Below, in pieces: positions 1 through 6,263 of a DNA stretch of 13,830 bases (its first letter is position 1; each line of letters opens with the position of its first letter). Below the pieces are notes generated by a model. That model saw nothing but the letters and a program-made list of their open reading frames with translations. It did not search any database and was not told the origin of the DNA. This DNA comes from a bacterium (GTDB lineage: Bacteria; Sysuimicrobiota; Sysuimicrobiia; Sysuimicrobiales; Kaftiobacteriaceae). The stretch lies in contig JBIOWP010000070.1 of the NCBI GenBank assembly GCA_044868695.1, positions 1 through 13,830 of the forward strand. Reading direction: 5' to 3'. The position numbers and the translations under genes are program-made.

Positions 1-77
1 TGGTGGGCCCTCGTGGACTCGAACCACGGACCTCACCCTTATCAGGGGTGCGCTCTCACCACCTGAGCTAAGGGCCC
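1..77 (-). tRNA. tRNA-Ile (anticodon GAU), CCA encoded
   Basis: Reverse complement GGGCCCTTAGCTCAGGTGGTGAGAGCGCACCCCTGATAAGGGTGAGGTCCGTGGTTCGAGTCCACGAGGGCCCACCA folds as a cloverleaf. D-arm TAGCTCAG..GG, anticodon GAT (plus 41-43), T-loop GTTCGA, 3' CCA. Confidence 0.98.
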
Positions 78-98
78 ACGCGCTGCGGAGTCACCGAC

Positions 99-128
99 AG
101 TATAGCCATCCCGACCTGATGGGGTCAA
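99..128 (-). promoter_or_regulatory. Sigma70-type promoter for tRNA-Ile
   Basis: Minus strand TTGACC (128-123), 18 nt spacer, TATACT (104-99), 21 nt upstream of the mature tRNA 5' end. Confidence 0.8.
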
Positions 129-134
129 GAAACG

Positions 135-371
135 CTAGAAGATAAGGAGGAACAGCACCGAGAAGAGACCCAGCACGAGGCCGCCGATGGCCGATCCTCG
201 GTGCGCGGGGTCCCGGCGCATGCCTCGAATTCCGAGCACGACTCCCACGATGCCCAGCAGCAGGCCGACGTTTACGCCCAGCCCGAAGACCGGACCCACG
301 AGGCCGGCGCCCGCCAGGATGGCGACCACGCTCGCTGCTCCGGCGGCCAACGCCCACCCGCCGAGGCTCAT
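135..371 (-). CDS. Small membrane protein, DUF4190-like
   Basis: Hydrophobic 78-aa ORF from ATG 371 (alternative GTG 383), preceded by AGGTGG. The pattern GIVGVVLGIRG-basic loop-AIGGLVLG matches DUF4190-type helical hairpins. Confidence 0.7.
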   Translation of the reverse strand: MSLGGWALAAGAASVVAILAGAGLVGPVFGLGVNVGLLLGIVGVVLGIRGMRRDPAHRGSAIGGLVLGLFSVLFLLIF

Positions 372-373
372 GC

Positions 374-460
374 TCACAGCCACCTGATCTCTACGTTCGG
401 ATTCTTGTCCTTAAGCCACGCGAGGAATTCATAGAGCCCGTCGATAGGCGCGTGGTCCAT
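374..460 (-). CDS. Putative 28-aa peptide or remnant of a truncated gene (MDHAPIDGLYEFLAWLKDKNPNVEIRWL)
   Basis: ATG at 460 with GGAG (472-469) 8 nt upstream. Stop lies 2 nt before the next ATG (371). Composition is protein-like, unlike the GC shadow ORFs. Confidence 0.35.
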   Translation of the reverse strand: MDHAPIDGLYEFLAWLKDKNPNVEIRWL

Positions 461-474
461 GCCAGCGACTCCAA

Positions 475-1092
475 TCAAGGAGATTGCTTCGGCCCTTCGG
501 GCCTCGCAATGACAGGATGGGAACCGGAACCAGTACCTCGCAATGACAGGAGGGGAGACTGGGCTTCGATGGGCGCCGCGTGATCCAACCACCAACGGGT
601 TTCTCGCACGGAACGCAGGCGCACGACGCTCAGGTGAGCATATTCCGGGCTGCGCGGGAGTTCCACATACTCACGCAACCGGCGGCGATAGGTCTTCAGC
701 GCCCACAGTATGATGCTGTCGCAGCTGAAAATTGAGACGAACCGTTCGCGGTTTCCGCTCCACAGCTGCTCGCCCGACACTGTCCGCCGCACCGTTCTGA
801 CAATCAGCTGCCGCAGGATCACCATCAAAGGGTAGTCCAGCCACACCAGCGTATCGGCGCGGCCCCAGACGATATCGCGGACCTTGCTGTAGTTGCCGTC
901 CACGACCCACGCATCACCGACCAGCGCCTCGGCCACGCGGGCACGAAACTCTTCTTTAGGTGGTTCGCTCCAGTTCGGTCCCCAGTACTGCGCGTCCAGC
1001 TCCAGATGGGGGACGCCGAGCCGGGCGGCCAGCTCGCGCGCCACGGTGGTCTTGCCGGAACCGGTTGTCCCAACAACCACCACCTTACGCAT
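475..1092 (-). CDS. P-loop nucleotide kinase-like protein (adenylate kinase-related / FlaR 'topology modulation' family)
   Basis: Walker A GTTGSGKTT, LELDAQYWGPNW, WVVDGNY, RADTLVWLD. GGAG 8 nt upstream of ATG. About the last 25 residues are repeat-derived. Confidence 0.85.
   Translation of the reverse strand: MRKVVVVGTTGSGKTTVARELAARLGVPHLELDAQYWGPNWSEPPKEEFRARVAEALVGDAWVVDGNYSKVRDIVWGRADTLVWLDYPLMVILRQLIVRTVRRTVSGEQLWSGNRERFVSIFSCDSIILWALKTYRRRLREYVELPRSPEYAHLSVVRLRSVRETRWWLDHAAPIEAQSPLLSLRGTGSGSHPVIARPEGPKQSP
479..513 (-). repeat. REP-like palindromic element, copy A
   Basis: Minus strand GTC-ATTGC-GA-GGCCC-GAA-GGGCC-GAA-GCAAT-CTCC, with nested stems. Homologous to 1106-1137. Confidence 0.85.
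536..551 (-). repeat. Partial (half) copy of the REP-like element
   Basis: CCTCGCAATGACAGGA is an exact 16-bp direct repeat of 502-517. Confidence 0.8.
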
Positions 1093-1105
1093 GCACGTGT
1101 CTCCA

Positions 1106-1137
1106 GGAGATTGCTGGGCTTCGCCCCTCGCAATGAC
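1106..1137 (-). repeat. REP-like palindromic element, copy B
   Basis: Minus strand GTC-ATTGC-GAG-GGGC-GAA-GCCC-A-GCAAT-CTCC. Same orientation and outer stem as copy A. Confidence 0.85.
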
Positions 1138-1173
1138 TGAAACTGGCCGACCGTGCGACGACAGATGAGCGTA

Positions 1174-2391
1174 TTACTCAAGCTTCACTTTCACGAACCG
1201 GCGCTTGCCGACGCGCAGGACGACGCCGTCTGCGATGGCCACGTCGGCATCCACCTGCCGGATGCGATCGCCGTCCACGCTCACACCGCCCTGCGAGATC
1301 AACCTCCTCGCCTCACCGCTGGACTCCGCCAGACCGGTGAGCACCAGCAGCTTGATCAGGCGGATGCGGCCCTGTTTCAACTCGTCGCGGCCGACCGGCG
1401 CCTCCGGGACCTCGGAGGGCACGTCCTTCTCCACGAACACCCGGGCAAACGCCCGTTCCGCCTGCTGCGCTTTCGCCCTGCCATGCCACATCGCCACAAT
1501 TTCCTGGGCCAGCCGGGCCTTGCCGTCCCGCGGGTGGATACTGCCGGCCTCGAGCCCGCGGGCGACCGCCTCAACCTCGTCCATCGGCACGTCTGTACAG
1601 AACTCGAAGAAGTGCGCGATGAGCTGATCCGGCAGCGACATCATCTTGCCGTACATCTCCTCGGGCGGATCGGCGATGCCGACGGCGTTGCCGAGCGATT
1701 TGCTCATCTTCTCGACGCCGTCCAGGCCCACCAGCAGCGGCGTGAGCAGTACGACCTGCGGTTCCTGTCCAAACTCCCGCTGCAGATCGCGGCCCATGAG
1801 ATTGTTGAACTTCTGGTCCGTCCCGCCGAGCTCGACGTCGGCCTGCAGCTGCACAGAATCCATCGCCTGGCACAGCGGATACAGCAGCTCGTGCATGAAA
1901 ATCGGCACGCCCGAGCGCAGGCGGTTGGCGAAGTCGTCACGCTCAATGACCCTGGCGACGGTGGTCTTGGCGCCGAGGCGGATGACGTCCTCAAATGACA
2001 TCCGTCCGAGCCACTCGCTGTTGAAGACGACCCGGGTCTTCTGCGGATCCAGGATCTTACTGTACTGGTCGCGGTAGGTGGCGACGTTGCGCTGAATTTC
2101 TTCCCGCGTCAGCATCGGGCGGGTCTTCTTCTTCTCGGACGGGTCGCCGATCATCGCGGTGAAATCGCCGACCACCAGGATGGCCTGGTGGCCCAGGTCC
2201 TGGAACTGCCGGAGTTTGCGCAGGACAATGGCGATGCCCAGGTGGATGTCGGGCGCGCTCGGGTCGACGCCGAGTTTCACCCGCAGCGGCCGGCCCTGCC
2301 GCAGTTTGGTGAGCAGATCCTCTTCAGAGATGATCTCGACGGCGCCGCGGCGCAGCAGGTCGAGCTGTTCTTCGGGGGAACGGGGCTTCAT
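1174..2391 (-). CDS. tyrS: Tyrosine--tRNA ligase
   Basis: VKLGVDPSAPDIHLG, GDFTAMIGDPS, ELGGTDQKFN, KMSKS, C-terminal S4-like domain ending VGKRRF. Start is ATG 2391 or GTG 2400. Confidence 0.97.
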   Translation of the reverse strand: MKPRSPEEQLDLLRRGAVEIISEEDLLTKLRQGRPLRVKLGVDPSAPDIHLGIAIVLRKLRQFQDLGHQAILVVGDFTAMIGDPSEKKKTRPMLTREEIQRNVATYRDQYSKILDPQKTRVVFNSEWLGRMSFEDVIRLGAKTTVARVIERDDFANRLRSGVPIFMHELLYPLCQAMDSVQLQADVELGGTDQKFNNLMGRDLQREFGQEPQVVLLTPLLVGLDGVEKMSKSLGNAVGIADPPEEMYGKMMSLPDQLIAHFFEFCTDVPMDEVEAVARGLEAGSIHPRDGKARLAQEIVAMWHGRAKAQQAERAFARVFVEKDVPSEVPEAPVGRDELKQGRIRLIKLLVLTGLAESSGEARRLISQGGVSVDGDRIRQVDADVAIADGVVLRVGKRRFVKVKLE

Positions 2392-2401
2392 GGTCGGCAC
2401 G

Positions 2402-2410
2402 ATTATAACA
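2402..2410 (-). promoter_or_regulatory. Extended -10 promoter for tyrS overlapping the mutS2 stop codon
   Basis: Perfect TG-T-TATAAT on the minus strand, 10 nt before ATG 2391. No -35 or SD visible. Confidence 0.65.
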
Positions 2411-4775
2411 GGTCTACCACAGTTGCCCCGGAGTCGCCCTCACCCTGCTGGCCCAGGCGGTAGCTCTTCACGTGTGGGTGGCTCCGGAGGAAGTCATGGA
2501 CGGCTTTTCGGAGCGTGCCGGTGCCTTTTCCGTGGATGACCGTGACCTGGCGAAGCCCCGCGACAAGGGCGTCGTCGAGGTACTTGTCGAGGATCGGAAT
2601 CGCGTCGTCGATCTTCGTGCCGCGCAGGCTCAGTGAGGCGGGTACGGCCGGAGCGAGATCCGCGGGGCGGCCCGATTCTCGGACGGGAGGGGGCGGGCCT
2701 TGGGCCGGAACGGCCCGAAGCGCCGCCAGCTGGACTTTCACCCGGACGGCACCCGCCTCTACCTCCACGTCGCCGCGGGAGTCCCCGGCCGACCGCACCG
2801 TGCCGGTCAGCCTCAGGGGCAGAATGTAGACGACCTGGCCCGGTTTCACCTCTGTGAGCGGCTCGCCCTCGGGCGCCGCCTCCGTCTGGACTTTCGCGGA
2901 AAGCTCCTCGGCCAGCGCGCGCAAACGGCCCCGTGCCTCCCGCATCGCCTGAGGAGCGGATGTCTTCAGCGACGTGACGATGGCCTCGATCTCGGCCCGA
3001 GCGTGAACCAGCAGTGCGTCCGCCTCCTCGCGCAGCCGCGAGAGCACCTTCCGTCGCTCGGCCCGCAGGCGGTCGAGTTCTTGCGCCGCCCGGGTCTGCA
3101 GCTCGGTCGCCTCCTGGCGGTGCCGCGCCGCCTCGGCCAGTTCATACTCGTAGGCCCGGCGGTCGGCCTCGATATCGCTGAGGATGCGATCGATAGCCAC
3201 CACCTCAGGCCCGAGCAGCTCTCGCGCCCGCTCGACGATCTGGGGATCCAGACCCAGCCGCTCGGCAATGTAGAGGGCGTTGCTGCGCCCGGGCACCCCG
3301 ACCCGCAAACGGTAGGTCGGCCGCAGCGTTTCCGCGTCGAACTCCACCGACGCGTTCTGAATCCCCGGATGGGCGTACACCAGCGCCTTGAGCTCACTGT
3401 AGTGGGTCGTCACCACGGTGCGCGCGCCCACGCGGTGGAGATGCTCAATCAGCGCCCTCGCCAGCGACACGCCTTCCGCGGGGTCGGTCCCGGCGCCGAT
3501 TTCGTCCAGCAGGACGAGGGCAGCTTGCCCTGAACCCGAGCGCAGCGAGTGGTTCGGGGGGTGAGGGGCGCTGAGCTGCGTCAGGATCCCCGCGATCGCT
3601 CCCATGTGCGATGAAAAGGTGCTCAACGACTGCTCGATGCTCTGCTCGTCTCCGATATCCGCAAACACCTGCACAAAGACCGCGGCCTCCGTCCCATCAT
3701 CGGCCGGGAGGTACAGCCCGGACTGCGCCATCAACGTCAGCAGGCCGATCGTCTTGAGGGTCACCGTCTTGCCGCCGGTGTTCGGGCCGGTGATCACCAG
3801 CGTGGACCAGTCTTCTCCGACCTCGACGTCGATGGGGACCACGTCCCCGGTCAGCAGCGGATGGCGCGCTCGGCGCAGCCGCAGGATCCCATCGGTGCGC
3901 AGGCGCGGCGCCACCGCCTGCATCGACGCGGCGAGCAGGGCCTTCGCCTCGGCGAAGTCGATCCGGCCGAGGGTCTCGTATGCGTGCACCATGCGGTCCG
4001 CGCCGGCCGAGACCACAGCGGTCAGATCGCGCAGTATCTTGAGGATCTCCTCGCGCTCGGCGATCTCCAACTCCCGCAGTTCATTCCCCAACGGCACGAT
4101 CGCCAGCGGCTCCATGAAGACCGTGGCGCCGCTGCTGGACTGATCATGCAGGACACCTGGAAACTGGCTTTTGAATTCCTGGCGGACGGGGACGACATAA
4201 CGATCGCTGCGCGTCATGATGAGGGGATCCTGCAGCATGCGCGCTTGCGGACCCCGGATGAGGTCGTCCAGTTTCTGGGTGATACGCGATCGGACTGCCT
4301 CCTGCTCCTTCCGAACGCGGGCCAGATCGGCGCTGGCGCCGTCGAAGATGCTGCCGTCATCCGCTACCGTGCGGCGGATCGCTGCCTCAAGCGCGTCGAA
4401 CGGGGCGATCCCATCCACGAACACGGCCAGGGACGGTGCGTGTTCGCGGTGGGTGAGGACAAAACTCCGGCACTGCCGGATTGTGGCCAGCGTGTCCCGC
4501 AGGAGCAACAATCCGGCGGGGTCGAGCGCAGATCCGATCCGCGCCCGGCGCACCAGGTCGCGGATGTCGCTGGTGCCCCGCAGCGGGACCTCTCCCCGGC
4601 TGAGCAGCGCGACCCCCTCTGAGGTCTCCTGAAGGGCGCGCGAGACGGAATCGAGGTCCACCGCGGGCTGCAGGGCCTCCGCCAGTTCTCTGCCCGCGGC
4701 GGTGACGGTGAGCTCTGCCAGTCGTTGCTGGATCTTGGGGAACTCGAGCACGCGCAGCGTGCGTGGGTCAACCAC
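2403..4775 (-). CDS. mutS2: Endonuclease/ATPase MutS2
   Basis: N-terminal LRVLEFPKI, HDQSSSGATVFMEP, Walker A GPNTGGKT, DIGDEQSIEQSLSTFSSH, Walker B LLDEIGAGTDP, TTHY, coiled coil, KOW-like region and Smr domain (IHGKGTG...GDSGAT). Confidence 0.97.
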   Translation of the reverse strand: MVDPRTLRVLEFPKIQQRLAELTVTAAGRELAEALQPAVDLDSVSRALQETSEGVALLSRGEVPLRGTSDIRDLVRRARIGSALDPAGLLLLRDTLATIRQCRSFVLTHREHAPSLAVFVDGIAPFDALEAAIRRTVADDGSIFDGASADLARVRKEQEAVRSRITQKLDDLIRGPQARMLQDPLIMTRSDRYVVPVRQEFKSQFPGVLHDQSSSGATVFMEPLAIVPLGNELRELEIAEREEILKILRDLTAVVSAGADRMVHAYETLGRIDFAEAKALLAASMQAVAPRLRTDGILRLRRARHPLLTGDVVPIDVEVGEDWSTLVITGPNTGGKTVTLKTIGLLTLMAQSGLYLPADDGTEAAVFVQVFADIGDEQSIEQSLSTFSSHMGAIAGILTQLSAPHPPNHSLRSGSGQAALVLLDEIGAGTDPAEGVSLARALIEHLHRVGARTVVTTHYSELKALVYAHPGIQNASVEFDAETLRPTYRLRVGVPGRSNALYIAERLGLDPQIVERARELLGPEVVAIDRILSDIEADRRAYEYELAEAARHRQEATELQTRAAQELDRLRAERRKVLSRLREEADALLVHARAEIEAIVTSLKTSAPQAMREARGRLRALAEELSAKVQTEAAPEGEPLTEVKPGQVVYILPLRLTGTVRSAGDSRGDVEVEAGAVRVKVQLAALRAVPAQGPPPPVRESGRPADLAPAVPASLSLRGTKIDDAIPILDKYLDDALVAGLRQVTVIHGKGTGTLRKAVHDFLRSHPHVKSYRLGQQGEGDSGATVVDLL
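3523..3560. repeat. Palindromic REP-like insertion within mutS2 coding sequence
   Basis: CCCTGAACC (3528-3536) pairs with GGTTCGGGG (3551-3559) around CGAGCGCAGCGAGT. Coincides with an extra peptide just before Walker B. Confidence 0.55.
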
Positions 4776-5676
4776 GGAGCCAGGCCACCAGCGCCGGGGT
4801 GATGTCTACCAACGACGCGATCCCCTTCCCCACCTCGGCCCGGCCGTTGCCGATCAGCAGCGTGGGCACCGGGTTGCGCGTGTGGGTAGCGGCCCGCCCA
4901 TCTTCAATGTTGCCGTGGTCGCTGGCCAGCACGACCAGCATCCGCCCGAGATCCGCGGCCTCCAGCACGCCACTCAGCAGAGCGTCCACCATCTCCACCA
5001 CGGCGGCCGGCGGCAGGTCGATGCGCCCATGCGCCGCCAGGTCGGTCAGGAAAAATTCAAACACCGTCAGATTGTGCTCGGCCGCGATGCCGGCAAGATT
5101 GCGCCCGGCCTGGGCGGGAGTAATCTGCGGGACGTCATATCCCCACACCCGGGGCCGCCCGTTGGTGAGATCGTGGAAGAGCGCGCGGCCCGCGCGGAGC
5201 TCGTCGACGCGGCGCAGGGGCACCTCCGCCGCGATGGCGGAGAACGTGATGGCCGCGTGGCGCATCTTGCCGGCGGTCACGCGCGCAAAGTACTCGTCGG
5301 TAAACGCGTTGGCCAGCGCAACCGACCCGCCCAGCGCCTTGACCTGCGCGAAGATGCTGTGGGCCGTCAACAGCTCGCGCAACGCTCGCGTCGGATAGGC
5401 GGTGACGTGCCGGCCCACGATCCGCGGCGCATTCATGCCGGTCAACAACGCGGTCTGGCCGGTGGCGCTCTGCGGCAATCCATCGACCCCCAGCGTCGCG
5501 TCGGTGGGAATCAGGAGCGCCCCGTCGTGCTCGATCCGCTCTCCGATGCCCGCCAGCCGGTGCCCCAGGAGACCATCCAGGCAAGGCGTCCGGGCCGCGG
5601 CAACGGGGTTCGTCGCAGGATCGTCGGGGCCGAGCCCGAGCCCATCGACGAACAGCAGGAGGACCCGCCGTGTCAT
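4768..5676 (-). CDS. Alkaline-phosphatase-superfamily metalloenzyme (iPGM/phosphopentomutase-like), substrate unknown
   Basis: True start is ATG 5676 (ATGA overlap with the mpg stop). Motifs LLLFVDGLG, LPQSATGQT (putative catalytic Ser), TDLAAH, SDHGN, HTRNPVP. Confidence 0.85.
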   Translation of the reverse strand: MTRRVLLLFVDGLGLGPDDPATNPVAAARTPCLDGLLGHRLAGIGERIEHDGALLIPTDATLGVDGLPQSATGQTALLTGMNAPRIVGRHVTAYPTRALRELLTAHSIFAQVKALGGSVALANAFTDEYFARVTAGKMRHAAITFSAIAAEVPLRRVDELRAGRALFHDLTNGRPRVWGYDVPQITPAQAGRNLAGIAAEHNLTVFEFFLTDLAAHGRIDLPPAAVVEMVDALLSGVLEAADLGRMLVVLASDHGNIEDGRAATHTRNPVPTLLIGNGRAEVGKGIASLVDITPALVAWLRG

Positions 5677-6242
5677 CGCGACACGTAGGGGCTGTCTGGT
5701 ATGTAGAATCGCCACGGCCGGGTTGTGGCGGTGCGAATCCCGATCCGTGGCCCCGCAGCCACAGGGACCGGGCGGGTGCGGCCCTGCGCGACGTACAGCG
5801 GGGGGCGGGTCACGTCGGCGCCGTTGCGCTCTCGTCCGATGCCAAGCGCACGGGTCAGCCGCCCGGGACCGGACGCGAGAAGGTCGGCGTCGGCCACCTT
5901 CCGGTGGGCGCGCATGATCTCCAGGCCCTGCAGCGGCTCCAGCGCGCGCAGCAGCACCGCGCCGGCAGACCCTTCCGGTTCGGTCACCACGTTCATGCAG
6001 TAGTGATTCCCGTAGGTGAAGTAGACGTACGCGGTACCCGGCCGGCCCCACATGATCCGGCTCCGCGGCGTCATCCGGTATGCATGGCTGGCAGGATCGC
6101 GAGGCCCGCGGTAGGCTTCGACCTCAACGATGCGGCCGATCACCACGCCAGCAGGGGTTTCGTGGACGAGCAGATGGCCGACGAGTTCTCTGGCCACTTC
6201 GAGTGTGCTTCGGGCGAAGAACGATCGAGGTAGAGGCCGCAA
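5673..6242 (-). CDS. mpg: DNA-3-methyladenine glycosylase (Mpg/Aag family)
   Basis: GRIVEVEAY, DPASHAY, PGTAYVYFTYGNHYCMNVV, AVLLRALEP, SGPGRL, GPRIGI, PWRFY. TTG start. Confidence 0.95.
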   Translation of the reverse strand: MRPLPRSFFARSTLEVARELVGHLLVHETPAGVVIGRIVEVEAYRGPRDPASHAYRMTPRSRIMWGRPGTAYVYFTYGNHYCMNVVTEPEGSAGAVLLRALEPLQGLEIMRAHRKVADADLLASGPGRLTRALGIGRERNGADVTRPPLYVAQGRTRPVPVAAGPRIGIRTATTRPWRFYIPDSPYVSR

Positions 6243-6263
6243 TGCTCCCGCGTTCCCCTTATC

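Noticed and set aside
479..1137. Repeats as a CRISPR array or integron attC sites
   Set aside because: Only two and a half copies with irregular spacing, no cas or integrase gene, and no attC core motifs.
5677..6051. N-terminal 125-aa extension of the 4768..6051 ORF
   Set aside because: Overlaps mpg in another frame and is Arg/Pro-rich noise. The enzyme fold begins at ATG 5676.
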